64,000 nt of DNA from Mobula hypostoma (lineage: Eukaryota): the NCBI RefSeq assembly GCF_963921235.1, contig NC_086097.1:110176001-110240000 (forward strand), read 5' to 3'. A model generated the notes under the pieces. That model was not told the DNA's origin. It saw only the letters and a list, made by a program, of their open reading frames with translations, and ran no database searches. Positions 49,696 to 62,878 of the stretch are shown here, piece after piece; position 1 is the first letter of the stretch, and every line of letters starts with the position of its first letter. A program made the position numbers and the translations under genes.

Positions 49696-50212
49696 CCTCA
49701 TATCTGGTCTATACAGGTGAATCCTTTGACAACCTTCTACACTATCAATAAGTCCACTAATTTTGGTGTTGTCTACAAACTTACTGATCAGCCTATCTAT
49801 ATTCTCATCCAAATCAGAAGTCCCAACACTGACTCACAGAAGACCACTGGTCATATCAGAAGAGGACCTGATATTAAAAGAAACCTGAGTTTTAAAACAG
49901 CATAAAGGCCATTAATTTATAATTTAGGGTCATAGATAAAATAGATTGCCACAGTTGTTCCTCCAAGGTGGGGCAGCCTAAAACTAGATGGAACAGGTTT
50001 AAAGTTAGGGGAGGGGGTATTTAAAAGGAACAGAAGGGGAAGTTTTTGGACACAGAGGTAAGCTGCCAGATGAAGTGGTAGAAGTAGATGCAATTAAAAT
50101 AATTAAAACACATTTGAACAGGTTCATGAATAGGAAAGATTAGAGGGATATGGAGCAAAACACTGCAAATAGGAGTCGGCATTGATGAGTTGAGTCAAAG
50201 ACCCTGTTTCCT

Positions 50213-51190
50213 TCAAAGATTCATTTTATTATCAAAATATGTATGCAGAATACAACCCTGAGATTTCTCCTCTCCAGATAGCCCTGAAATACAGAAAAAT
50301 CTTGACAATCGTTGAAAGAAGACATTAATGAAAGAAGACCTCTCACATGAAAAAGGAAACGAACCAATACTCACAAAGCTCAAACCTCCGCAACCCCTCC
50401 TTCACACAAAACTAGCAGATTACCCACCCGAACCTGGCAGCAAAAACGTAAAACCCCAAACCCCAAGCCCTTCCCATGCAAAAAAACGATAGTACATCAA
50501 CCCCCCAAACTCTCTCACTCTCGCACACGAAAATGCAACAGATCACTCACACAGAAAAACACCAGCAAGTACATCAGAGCACAAATCCCCAACCACTCCC
50601 TCACCCAAAAAAGTAACATATCGCCCACCCACCAACTGGCAACAAGAAACAAAGGACAGAAAAACTGAAGAGGACCAATATAAACTGCAGTCCATGCCAA
50701 TCATCACATGTGTCTCAGAATTTTGAAACATTCTCTGTCAGCATCAAGAAGAGTGACAGCTCGAGCTCAGTTCTTTCATGGGGAGTGACCTCTGAACCAT
50801 AGGTTTCATCCGCCAAGCTGCGGCCCCTTAACCTCCGGCCCGACCCGTGAAAAGCCACTGCTGATCCAGCCTCCTCCTCATCTGCCTCGATATTTCAATC
50901 TTCCTCAATACTTCGATCAGCAAGAAATGGAGTTGGCCATGGCCCCTCGCCCCATGTCTGTGGTCTCCTGTTTGGGACAACTCATGCTTGTGACTCTGCT
51001 GGAATTTTTTTAGGGACAGCAGAGCACTAGATCACTCGATTGAACCCCAAACTGTAAGTCACTGTCCCCGACAATTTTTGAAACACAATTAAGATAAAAA
51101 AGAATAAGTAAAAGGTGTGTAAAAGGTGAAATAGTTGACTACCTGGAAGATGTCTCCTGAGGAATCGTTGTTAGCTGGCATGATCTTGAC
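50213..51190 (-). mobile_element. Probable second non-coding, non-autonomous retroposon (about 1 kb)
   Basis: Minus strand starts GTCAAGATCATGCC (decayed AAGATGGCGCC-like), has a GT-rich body and ends TTTGATAATAAAATGAATCTTTG like the Rex1 tails. Confidence 0.5.
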
Positions 51191-51339
51191 CATAAGATGG
51201 CCCTTGCTGTATAACTCAAAACGTACTGGAACTATTTTGTCCATGGGTTTATAACTACAGGATTCTAAACTTTGATTAAGAACTGTGGACAAAGACTTTG
51301 TGGGTTTAAAAAGGAGAATGTCATTTCTTATCTAGCAGG

Positions 51340-51570
51340 GGCCTCTTGGACAACTCATCTTACTTGCCCTTGAACCAGGACCTCACCGAGAAGCATCTGA
51401 CACTGTCACCCACACCATCACCAACCTCACCACCTCCAGCGATCTCCCACTACAGCCTCAAACCTCACTGTTCTCCAGCACCGTACCGCCCACTTTTACT
51501 TCCTCCCCAAGATTCACAAAACAGAATGTGCCAATAGGCCTGTTATTTCTGCCTGGTCCTGCCTTACTAA
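51340..51570 (+). mobile_element. Penelope-like RT N-terminal fragment
   Basis: SSYLPLNQDLT...RTAHFYFLPKIHK...RPVISA across frameshifts. Confidence 0.75.
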
Positions 51571-51579
51571 GCTGCATCT

Positions 51580-54500
51580 TTAATATTCTTGCAGGCAGGT
51601 TTATGGAGCATTTGGGGAGGATTTAAACTAATTTGGCAGGGGAATGGTAACTGGAATGATATGGTTGATGATGAGGCAGTAGGTGCACAGGTAGATGCAG
51701 TGTGCAGTGAGAGTGTGAGGAACGACAAGAAGTGAATGAACTTAAGGGCAACGTGGGGGCATAGTTGAAAAGACTGATGAATACAGAACTGAAGGTGTTA
51801 TATTTGAATGCAGTATACAGAGTGATGTAGATGGTCTTGCAGCACGGTTAGAGATTGGCAGGGTATGATGTTGTGGGCATCACTGAGATGTGGCTGAAAG
51901 AAGACCATAGTTGACAGCTTAGCATCCAAGGATACATTTGTACCAGAAGGACAGGCAGGTAGGCAGAACAGGTTGGATAGCTCTGCTGGTAAAAAAATTA
52001 GAAAGGGGTGACATAGGATCAGAAGATGTCAAATCCTTACGGGTAGAGTTAAGAAACTTCAAGAGTAGCGGTAGCGCTACAGTGTGGTGTCCATGCTTAG
52101 CTGGGGCCTGGCCTCTCCCATCAGTGCTGCCCTCCCATGTTCAAGCAGCAGAATGACAGGCTGGATTGTGTACACCTGCACACTGCCAGGAGACTGTACT
52201 ATCAATTGCCAAACATTGTCACTCAGTGTCTTGGACAATTTATTTATGTTTTTTTCTTGATTGTACGTGCTTCTTTGCTTGCTGTTTTTTGAATTATGTA
52301 TTCGTTCTTTGAATATTACTCGCTATTTTCAAGTTTGCTTGCTATTTCTGAATGTTCAGCACCTTGGCCCCGAGGAACACTGTCTTGTTCAACTGTATCT
52401 ATGTATGCTTTGGATGATAATTAAACTTGATTTGATTTGATTTGAGTCAAAGACACCCCAATGGGAGTTACTTACAGGAATCTGAACAGTAGCCAGAATG
52501 TGGGAAACAAATTATAATGGAAGATAGAAAAGGCATGTAAAAAGGGCAGGCAATGTTACAATAGTGATCGGGGATTTCAATTTGCAGGTACAGTAGATTG
52601 GGAAAATCAGGTTGGTACTGGATCCCAATAGAGGGAATTTGTAGAACGTCTACAAGGTAGCTTTTTGGAGCAGCTTGTAGCTGAGCCCACTAAGGGAATG
52701 GTAGTTCTGGATTGGGTGATGCATGATGAATCAGAGGAGCTGGCCAAAGTTGATTGGAAAGGGACACTAGCAGGGATGATAGTGGAACAGCAATGGCCGG
52801 TGTTTCTGGGAGAAATTTGGAAGGCGCAGGAAAAGTATATTCCAAAGTTGAAAAAGTATTCCAAAGAGAGGATGAGGCAACAGAGGCTGACAAAGGAAGT
52901 CAAAGACAGCATAAAGGCAAAAGAAATGGCACATAATACAAGATTAATTAGTGGGAAGTTAGAGGACTGGAAGCTTTAAAAAACCAACAAAAGGCATCCA
53001 AAAAAACCAAAAGGAGAGAAAAAATGAAATAAGAAGAAAAGACAGCCAATAATATAAAGGAGGATACCAAAAGCTTTTTTTTCAGATATATAAAGAGTAA
53101 AAGAGAAGCAACAGTGGATATTGGACCGCTGGAAAATGATGCTGGAGTGGTAGTAATGGAGCAGAAGTGAGTGCAGATGCTATTACTAAGGAGAAAGTGT
53201 TTAGGAAGCTGAATGGTCTGAAAGTAGATATATCACTTGCACCAGATGGACTACACCCCAGGGTTCTGAAGGAGGTAGCTGAAGAGATTGTGGAGGCATT
53301 AGTAATGATCTTTCAAGAATCACGAGATTCTGGAATAGTTCTTCAGGACTGGAAAACTGAACTATCACTCCACTCTTTCAGAAGACAGAAGGGAGAAATT
53401 ATAGATCTCAGTAGCTGGGAAGATGTTGGAGTCAATTGTTAAGAGTGAGGTCTCAGGGTGCTTGGAGGCAACTGATAAATTGTCTAAAATCTACATGGTT
53501 TCCTTAAAGGAAAATCTTGCCTGACAAACTTGTTGGAATTTTTTGACGAAATAACAGGCAGGATGGACAAAGGAAGATGTTGTTTACTTTGATTTTCAGA
53601 AGGACTTTGGCAAGGTACCACACATAAGACTGCTTAACCAGATAAGAGACCATGGCATTATAGGAAAGATACTAACATGGACAGAAGATTGGCTGATGGG
53701 CAGGAGGAAAAGAGTGGGAATAAAGGGAGCCTTTTCTTGTTGGCTGCTGATGACTAGTGGAGTTCCACAGGGTTCATTGTGGGACCACTTCTTTTCACGC
53801 TAAATGTCATTAATTTGGATGATGGAATGGATGACTTTGTGGCCAAGTTTGTTAATGATACAATAACAGGTGGAGGGGCAGGTAGTGTTGGGGAAGCAGG
53901 GGGTCAGCAGAAGGTCTTAGACGGATTGGGGGAATGGGTAAAGAAGTGTGAGATGGACTATTGTGTTGGGGTGTGTACAATCATGGTTGGTGCAACGGTA
54001 ACGAAACCCAATTTCCCTCGGGATCAATAAAGTATGTCTATCTATCTATCTATCTAATCATGCTCTTTGGTAGAAGGAATAAAGGTGTGGGCTATTTTCT
54101 AAATGGGGAGAAAATACAAAAATCAGAGGTGTGAAGGGACTTGGGAGACCCTAATGGTTAACTTGCAGGTTGAGTCAGTGGTAAGGAAGACAAGTGCAAT
54201 GTTAACATTCGCTTCAAAATGACTAGAATATATAAGCAAGAGTGTAATGCCAGAGTCTTTATAAGGCACTGGTCAGATTGCAGTTGGAGTATTGGGAGCA
54301 GTTTTGGGCTGCTTATCTTAGAAAAGATGTGTTGGCATTGGAGAGGGTCCAGAAGAGGTTCACGGAATTGATTCCAGGAATGAAAGGGTTGATGTATGAG
54401 GAGTGTTTGAATAGCCTGAGCCTGTACTCACTGGAGTTTAGAAGAATGCGGGGGTAGGGGGGAATTCGTTGAAATTTATCGAATGTTGAAGGGCCTGGCT

Positions 54501-54847
54501 AGAGTGGATGTAGGGAAAAGGTTTCCTATAGTGGAAGAGTCTCAGACCAGAGTACACAGCCTCAAAATAGAGATTGTCCAGTTAGAACAGCTATAAGGAG
54601 GATTGTCTTTAACCAGAAAGTACTGATTCTGGGCAATTCATTGCTGTAGATGGCTCTGGAGGCCAAGTCATTGGATATATTTAAAGTGGAGGTCGGTAAG
54701 TTCTTGACTATTCAGGGCATCCAAGGTTACGGTGAGAAGGCAGAAGAATAGGGTTTGGAGGGATAATAAATTAGTTATAATGTAATGGCGGCGCAGACTC
54801 GATGAGCTAAATGACCTAATTCTGCTCCTGTGTCTTATGGTCTTATG
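51580..54847 (+). mobile_element. Decayed CR1 (end of ORF1, ORF2, 3' end) with nested short retroposon tails (about 52065-52445 and 53986-54055)
   Basis: NILAGRF, LYLNA, GITEMWL, IGDFN, APDGLHPRVLKEVAEEI, GVPQGSL; tail TCTTATGGTCTTATG. The second insert is flanked by TSD AATCATG. Confidence 0.85.
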
Positions 54848-55179
54848 TCCACTGCACATTGGGAGGTCGCTTTGCCAGCCAAGATCTCCAGGTGGCCAGT
54901 CACTTTAATTCCACTTAGCATTCCTGCACCAACATACCTGGCCCTGACCTCCTCTACTGCCTTGCAGTTAAAATTGGAAGACCCTAACTTGACCACATGT
55001 ACATTGTTTTCTCTAATCTCCAGTAACCTTTCCCCTCTGACCCCCTTTCCCTTACCTCTCTAGCCTATCAGCCCATCTCTTACCCTTTTCCCCATCCTCT
55101 TCATCTACCCATCAACTATCTTTCCTTTACCGGTTCCTCTCCCCACCTCCTCCCTCTTATGCCCTGGTGCACTCTTTTA

Positions 55180-56125
55180 TCGGATCCACTCTTGTCCGTT
55201 TTATGCCGTGGGGAGCGGAGGAAGCTTCGGTTATTTGAAAATAGCGAGATACAGACCCACGAGTTTAATGTGAGCAAGGAAGGAAGCCTTTGTGAGTTTA
55301 GAAACAACGCGGGAACCAGGCACGGTCACTTGAAGTTGAGAGCGAAAGGTGGAATTGGTGAGCTTAGAAGATGAGGCTACATGGGTTCGATGAGTTGAAA
55401 ACTTTGAGCGGGAATATAAATCCTGAGCGGAAGTTCGGTGCTGGCTTCAACCTGGTCGGGAAGGCGACCAAGGAAGTAAAAACGGCCAGCACGAGAGAAA
55501 ACCACGAGATTTTAAAACAAGCGGGAAAGCAGCTGGTGAATTCAGAGGAACTGTTGAAGTCAGCTTCAGTTTGAACCACCATGGGCCATGCAGACTGCTT
55601 GTGGGCGGGAAACTGCAATTGTAATCTGAGGATTGCACGGGGAGAGAAGGGTCTTGAGTTTAATGGGTACGCAGGAGAGAGGGGCGAAGCTAGAATATTA
55701 CTGAGTTTAACAGGTGTCTGGGACTGAGGCTGTTGGACTTCGGGGGAAGGAAATAAAACTTGATGATAATTCACAAGAGCGGGGAATCGGCGCGTCCGTG
55801 GATGGTTAAGAGGTTAAGGAAACAGCCCCATTCGGTGAGAGACGGGGTGACAGGTTCGGTAACAGCACGGCAGTCGGGATCAAGCGGTCCACGGGAAAGT
55901 GAAACAGTTCGAGCCGTGCGCGGGAAAGAGAGCCCCCGTGAGTTTAAAAACAGCGCGGCAGCCGGAGGATGGCAGGTTATGTTACAGTCCAAGAAATGAG
56001 TTCGAGGAACTGGGGGGAAGCGCGACAAACATCAACGTTTAAAATTAGTACGCCGGGCAGACCCGTAAATTTAAATATAGCGTGCTGTCACTAAACTCAC
56101 GGAACCCGTGCAGGACCGCGCAGGA
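55180..56125. promoter_or_regulatory. CpG-rich, apparently non-repetitive island; candidate promoter or first-exon region
   Basis: Dense CG dinucleotides against a CpG-poor background. Minus-strand donor GTGAGT at 56095-56100; plus-strand GGAGGATGGCAG|GT at 55964-55977. Confidence 0.55.
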
Positions 56126-56257
56126 TAGATCAGAATCAAGTTTATTATCACCGGCATGTGTCCTGGAATTTGTTGACTTAGCAGCAGCAGTTCAACGCAA
56201 TACATAATACAGAAGAGAAAAAAAAGTAAAAATAAACAATTAAGTAAATCAATTACA

Positions 56258-56819
56258 CATAACAGCCCATGTCTTTTTTTTTAGTTTAGTTGATTAACAC
56301 TGTTTAGGTTAGTTTTTTGGGGGGATATATTTTTCCCCTTTTTCATGATTTTTTTTTAGATATTTTCCTTTGTTTTATATTGTTCATCTGTATCCTGCGT
56401 GGTCAAGTGGTTAAGGCATTGGACTAGAGTGAGTTCGAGCCCCAGCCGAGGCAACCTATTGTGTCCTTGAGCAAGGTACTTAATCACACACTGCTCTGCG
56501 ACAACACTGGCGCCAAGCTGTATGGGTCCTAATGCCCTTCCCTTGGACAACATTGGTGTCGTGGAGAGGGGAGACTTGCAGCATGGGCAACTGCCAGTCT
56601 TCCATACAACCTTGCCCAGGCCTGCACCCTGGAGAGTGAAGACCTTCCAGGCGCAGATCCATGGTCTCACAAGACTTAACGGATGCTTTAATCCTGTATG
56701 ATTGGGAGATTTAACACTCAAGTGTCAACTGTGCTTATATTTAACTATGTTAATTACAACAATGTATTCCCAATAACTTTATATCAATATAATAAACTAA
56801 TAAAAAGATTGAAAAAGAA
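56258..56819 (+). mobile_element. L1-like 3' UTR fragment
   Basis: T-rich body, tail AATAAAAAGATTGAAAAAGAAA, 12-bp TSD AAATCAATTACA (56246-56257, 56820-56831). Confidence 0.72.
56398..56690 (+). mobile_element. tRNA-derived SINE
   Basis: A box TGGTCAAGTGG, B box GTTCGAGCC, 6-bp TSD ATCCTG (56392-56397, 56691-56696). Confidence 0.85.
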
Positions 56820-58404
56820 AAATCAATTACAGTATATGTATATTGAATAGATTAAAAATTTTGCAAAAACAGAAATAATATATATTAAAGAAGTGAGGTA
56901 GTGTTAATGGGTTCAATGTCTATTCAGAGATCGGATGGCAGAGGGGGAAGAAGCTGTTCCTGAATCACTGAGTGTGTGCCTTCAGGCTTCTGTATCTCCT
57001 AGTGTGAAAGGGGTTTGGGTGTTCTTAATAATGGACGCTGCCTTTCTGAGACACCGCTCCTTCAAACTGTCCTGGGTACTTTGTAGGCTAGTACCCAAGA
57101 CGGAGCCGACTAAATTTACAACCTTCTGCAGTTTCTTTCGGCCCTGTGCAGTAGCCCCCCACCCCAGCCCCACATCAGACAGTGATGCAGACTGTCAGAA
57201 TACTCTCCATGGTACATGTGTAGAAGTGTTTGAGTGTATTTGTTGGCATACCAAATCTCTTCAAACTACTAATGAAGTATAGTCGCTGTCTTGCCTTCTT
57301 TCCAGCTGCATCGATATGTTGGGACCAGGTTACGTCCTCAGGGATTTTGACACCCACGAATAAGATCCCAAAGAATAAGAACTATTCTAAAGGGAGGCTG
57401 CACTTGTGGCTGACAAGAAAACCCAAGGACAGCATAAAAGCAAAAAGAGACGGCATGCAATTTTGCAAAAATGAGTGGGAAACTAGAGGATTGGAAAGAT
57501 TTTAAAAACCAACAGAAAGCAACTAAAAAAGAAATACAGAGAGAAAAGATGAAATATGAAGGTAAGCTAGCCAATAAAGTTTTTTTCAGATATATAAAGA
57601 GTAATAGAGACCAGAGTGGATATCGGACCGCTGGAATGTGAAGCTGGAAAGGTAGTAATAGAGGGCAAAAAAATGGTGAATGAACTCAATCAACATCTTC
57701 ACCGTGGAGGAGACCAGCAGTGTGCCAGAAATTCGTAGACAAATATTATTTGTAATATTGTGTGCATTTCTGGTCTCAGAACTTTAGTAGACATGTGGTT
57801 GCACTGGAGAGCATGTTGACAAAAGAGAGAACAGATGTTGAAATCTAGAACAAAAATAGAGAATGTGGAAGAACACAGCAGGTTGACCAGCATCTGTAGA
57901 GGCAAAATAGGCGGACAGACCAGGAGGAAATTCAAAGAGTACAGAGTTGTGCAGCACAGAAACAAGCCATATGGCCCACCAAATCCACACCAATGATCAT
58001 CACTGGAATTCAGAAGAATGAGGTGGGACCTCAATGAAACCTATCAAATGTTGAAAGGCCTTGATGGAGTAGATTTGGAAAGTATCTTTCCTATGGTGGA
58101 GGAGACTAAGACCAGAGGACACAGCCTCAGAATAGAGGGACATCTATTTAGAACCAAGATGAAGAGGTGTTTGTTTAGTCAGACAGTGGAAATCTGAAGA
58201 GTTCATTGCCACAGGCCAAGTCAATGGGTATACTTAAGGCAGGGGTTGAGAGATTTTTGTTTAGTCAGGGCGTGAAGGGTTATGGAGAGAATACAAGAAG
58301 AAAATGGATCAGCCATGATGAAATGGTGGAGCAGACTCGATAGGCCAAATGGCCTAATTCTGCTCGCATATCTTATGATCACATGCCCATCCATTTGTTT
58401 TTAG

Positions 58405-58808
58405 CATTACAACACAGGATACTACCCCAACAACCCCTGACAAACTCAATTAACCCTAACTTAATCATGGGACAATATTCAATGACCAACCTGCCCCAAA
58501 CATCTTTGCACTGTGGGAGAAAACTGGAGAACCGAAGTAAAAGCCATGCATTCCACGGAGAGGACATGCAGATGCCTTACTGACGGTGTTGGAATTGAAC
58601 TGCAGACTCCAGAACGCTCCAACCTGCCTGCCCTGTTGGTGTGGTCTTTCATTGATTCTATTATGATAATTTGATTTATTGAGTATGTCCGCAAGAAAAT
58701 TAATCTCAGGGGTGTATATGGTGATATATATGTACTTTGATAATAAATTTGCTTTGAACTTTGAATTGTAATAGCATCGCACTAACTGTGACACTAACGT
58801 GGTGTCCA
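58405..58808 (-). mobile_element. V-domain (HE1-like) SINE remnant with a Rex1 tail inserted
   Basis: CTGTGGGAGAAAACTGGAGAACC..CCACGGAGAGGACATGCA is the reverse complement of the V-SINE central domain. Confidence 0.7.
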
Positions 58809-59280
58809 TTTTATTCCCATTTTCTTACCAATCCCCCCCACCCTCTGCTAGATTCTGCCACTCAGGGGTCTGAAAGGAAATCAGAGCACACAGAGGAAAA
58901 ATAGACTGAGGCGCTGACATCAGTTGTAGGGAAATTATTGGAGAAAATTCTAAGAGATAGCATATATGTATATTTCAAAAGTCGGGAATCATTGCTTTGT
59001 GCAGCTGAAATCTTGTCTCACAGTATCATTGAATATTTTGATGAGGTAGCTAAGAGGATTGATGATTACAGAAAACTAGATATTGTCTATATGAAAAAAA
59101 TTCTTTAAAACTCCATTCTCTCATCTTAAACCTAACAGAAAGCTCCCTATCAGAGTAAAAATTTTGTCTATCCATACCTCTTGTAAATTTATACACTTGT
59201 ACCAGGTTATCCTGCAGCCTCCTTCACTCCAGAGAAAATAAACCAAAATGATCCATCCTCTTCTCATAACCAGAACTTGC

Positions 59281-59709
59281 TGTCACCCAGTTTGGACATG
59301 GCCCAAGTGCGGAGTGAGAGACATTGAAGCAGGTCAATAGTTCACAGACTTTAATGCAAACAGTGTTAAAGGGAAAATAAAACAATAAACGCTAGGCCAA
59401 ACAGGGCCATTAACTAAAACTCTCAAATGGAAAAACAAAGCCTACACTGCGGCTGAAAAAAAACAACTAAAATATAAAACGAATACCGCGAGTCTTCAGA
59501 GTCAGTTGACTCGACAGTTCAATTTCTCAGGCAAGGCAGAATGCAAGCAGGCAACGAAGTGTTGCTGTGCTATGTTCACGTCTCAACAAAACTATGACAG
59601 AATGAATGGAGTTAAATACCATCACAATGAAATCATAATTAGCTGACACGTGGATATTCACAAGCGCCATTGCCATATCTACTGTACTGCCGAATCCGTG
59701 CTTGTGACA
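59281..59709 (-). mobile_element. Solo LTR inside an old CR1 fragment
   Basis: TGTCAC...GTGACA termini; homologous to 36690-37109. Confidence 0.8.
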
Positions 59710-60159
59710 CATTCAAATTCCACAATATCCTGATGAATCTCCTCCACGTTCTTCACCAGTGCAACAATATAATTCCAGTGGTGTGGTGAATTGCACACAA
59801 TATTTTCAAATCTAGTCAGCATTTTAATATATTCCAGCATAATGTATTCATTGCCCCAGCATGTGAAAGCCACCATGCACATGCTTTCTCCACACTCTAT
59901 CTAACTCTGGTTGCTTCAACCTCACTTTTCACCCTCACTTTGTCCATGGCATTGTCCATTATCCTATTCCCATTTGCCTTCGTTCAGCATGTATCCCTCT
60001 GTGCCTTTGCTATCGAAGAACCTTTTCAAATGCCTTTTAAATGCAGTGATTATATCTGCTTCTACCACTTCTTCTGGCAGCTCATTCTATATTACTGCAA
60101 ATCTCTGTGTAGAGAAATTTACCCCTCAGATCTCCCTTTATCATAAAGTTTTACAGTAC

Positions 60160-60410
60160 AGACAACCCTGCAGCTTGTAAGGAGTAACCCAGCAGTTCTC
60201 ACTCCAACCTGCAAGGAGTTTGTATGTTCTCCCCATGAGTTTCCTCCAGGTGCTTTGGTTTCCTCCCACAGTCCAAAAACCTGCTGGTTAGTAGGTTAAT
60301 TGGTCATTGTAAATTGTCCTGTGACTTGGCTGGGATGAAATCAAGGGGTTGTTGGGTGGTGTGGCTTGAAGTGCTGAAAGGGTCTATTCCGTCTACTTCA
60401 ATAAATAATG
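60160..60410 (+). mobile_element. V-domain (HE1-like) SINE
   Basis: GGAGTTTGTATGTTCTCCCC..TTTCCTCCAGGTGCTTTGGTTTCCTCCCACAGTCCAAA..GGTTAATTGGTCATTGTAAATTGTCC. Confidence 0.8.
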
Positions 60411-60716
60411 TAAATTTTAAAAATAAATAAATTACTTCCCTCTCACCTTAAAACTATGCCCTTTAGTTCCAGACTCTTCTACCCTGGCAAAAAGAATCTA
60501 TTTGTCTTATCCATGTCCCTCATAATTTTATAAACCTCTATCAGGTCACCCCTAATCTTGCATAGTAAGAAACAACTTAGCCTATCCAATCCTCCTTCTA
60601 ACCCAATGTCATTCTGTTTATTCACATTCCTAGGCACTCTACTGTACGTGTCTTACCCCTAATGAGTTAAGCAAATGCATCACCTTGCACTTGTTGTTTG
60701 TTGTTACTGCCTCTTA

Positions 60717-62408
60717 AAGATGGTGCCAAGAAGTGGTGACTCTTCGTGTTTAGTTCCAAAAGGAATTATCAAATATTCCCTTTTAGGGCTACACCAGTCA
60801 CAGCCATTAGTACTTCAGTAATATCGTTTTAAGATATTTTTTAAAATTATCGATTCTCAAGGTCATCAGGTTCAGGTCATGAGTGCAGTTCCCCTTTAAG
60901 AAAAGGAAATGAGGAAAGTGTGCCAGTCTGCAAATAAGATTGAATACAGAGCCCTTAGATTACCCCCCTCAACCCCACCCACTTCCTTACTATCCTGCTG
61001 GTGAATGGACAGTCTCTGGAAAATAAAACTGAAGACATCAGAGTTGGATTGCTGTACCAGAGGGACGTCAGAGATGCTGTGTACTCTGCTTCAAAGAAAC
61101 ACGGCTCATCCCTCAGGACTTCACCATCCACTGCAAAGACAGGACAGGTGAGTCTTTTGCAGGTAGAGGAGGTAGAGTATGCTTTATGATTAACTCATTA
61201 TAGTGCACAGATATGGTGGTTCTGTCTCAATACTGCTCACCCAACCTGGAGCATATAGCTGTCAAATGTCTATTTTATTTGCCATCACTCTGGTAGCAGT
61301 GTACACTCCGCCTCTGGCCAACATCAGGCAAGCACTGGAACAGCTGTGCACCGTAATCAGCAGTCACGAAACAGCCCTGATGCCTCCCCTTTCATTGTGA
61401 GTACTTTCAACCAGGCCAACTTGAAGTCATCTCTAACAAATGACCACCAACATGTTACCTGTGGAACCAGAGGACCCAATGCAATTGACCACTGTTACAC
61501 CACCATCAAGAATACTTACTGTGCCATCCACTTCGGAAAGTCCAATCACCTGGCTGTACTTCTACTTCCAGTGTACAGGCAGAGACTACCGTCTGCAACA
61601 CCAGTGGTGAGGACCAGGAAGATATGGTCAAGGGAGGTGAAGGAGTCCTTACAGGACTGCCTTCAGTCAGTGGACTGGAGAATATTCAAGGATTTATCTT
61701 TGAGTCTGAATAAATATGCCACAGTTGTCACCAACTTCATCTCAACCGGTGGGTAAGTGTGTGCCTTTGAGAATATACCGGACATACCCAAACCAAAAGC
61801 CGTGGATGAATCAGAAGATCTGTAGTCTGCTGAGGAGTGGATCTATGGCATTCAGGTCTGGTGATCCAGAACTATACACAAAATCAAGGTACAGCCTATG
61901 GAAGGTTATTTTAAGAGTGAAAAATAAACAATTCCAGTTGAATTTGCAGACAAAATCAGATGCACATCAGCTCTGGCCTGGTTTGCAGGCCATTAATTCC
62001 TACAAGGTGAAACCTAACATCATGAATAGCTGTGATGCTTCGGTCCCAAATAAGCTCAAGGCCTTTTATACATGCTTTTAAAGGGAGAATAATACCACCT
62101 CCGTGAATTCCTGCAGCAACTGGTGACCCTGTGATCCCTGTCTCGGAGGCCGATGTTGAAACATTTTTTCAAGGGGGTGAACCCTTGCAAGGCGTCAGGC
62201 CCTCAGTGTTCAACGACATCTTCAGTCTCTCATTGTTGCAGTCAGAAGTTCCCACCTGCTTCAAAAGGACAACAATCATACTAGATCTTAAGAAGAGGAG
62301 GGTGAGCTGCCTCAGTGACAATTGTCCAGTTGTATTCATATCTGCTGTAATGAAGTGAGTTGAGAGGTTGGTCATAGCCAGAATCAACTCCTGCCTAAGC
62401 AAGGACCT
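60717..62408 (+). mobile_element. Rex1/Babar-type LINE 5' half (decayed)
   Basis: Starts AAGATGGTGCC; PTILLVNGQSLENK, VAVYTPP, FNQANL, DHCYTTIKN, HFGKSNHLAVLLLP, YPNQKPWMN, VPTCFKRTTI. Confidence 0.85.
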
Positions 62409-62409
62409 G

Positions 62410-62825
62410 TTCTCACAACCATGGACTCCTTCACATGGCCTGGCTGTCCTCACAAGTGGGCTGTGGAACGGGTTCAGCAGTCACACTTGGAAATATATAT
62501 ATTCCAGCCAATTAGTGTTTCATTGCATTGGTAGTTAACCCCTTCGTCTTCTTACAGTGTGTCAAGACTTGACCAAAAACAGGTCAATGTTAGTGCTCCC
62601 TGCTTACCGTTGTCCTGCTTCCAGGAAAGAAGACTACCGTTTAGACTGGCGCTTCTAAGAAGGAGTGTTTATTTAGTATTAAGCTACAACAACTGAGCCA
62701 CTGTATCAGTATTAGCTTTAGATTGACAGTTCTAGTTAACAGCCCTGTTGGCCTAGTGTTTATTGTTTTTCTTTATTTCTGCACAGTCCCTACTAAAAAT
62801 CAGTGAACTATTGATTCACTTCAGA

Positions 62826-62878
<53 letters not shown>

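Larger units (their letters stand above)
56128..57355 (-). mobile_element. Rex1/Babar-type 3' fragment hosting nested L1-like and SINE insertions
   Basis: GVKIPEDVTWSQHIDAAGKKARQRLYFISSLKRFGM; tail AATAAACTTGATTCTGATCT. Confidence 0.85.

Noticed and set aside
55371..55574. 67-aa ORF in the CpG island as a real gene
   Set aside because: Short, with no recognisable motif and no supporting splice structure.
56398..56460. tRNA gene
   Set aside because: A and B boxes are present, but no full cloverleaf is evident. It is followed by a SINE body and flanked by TSDs.
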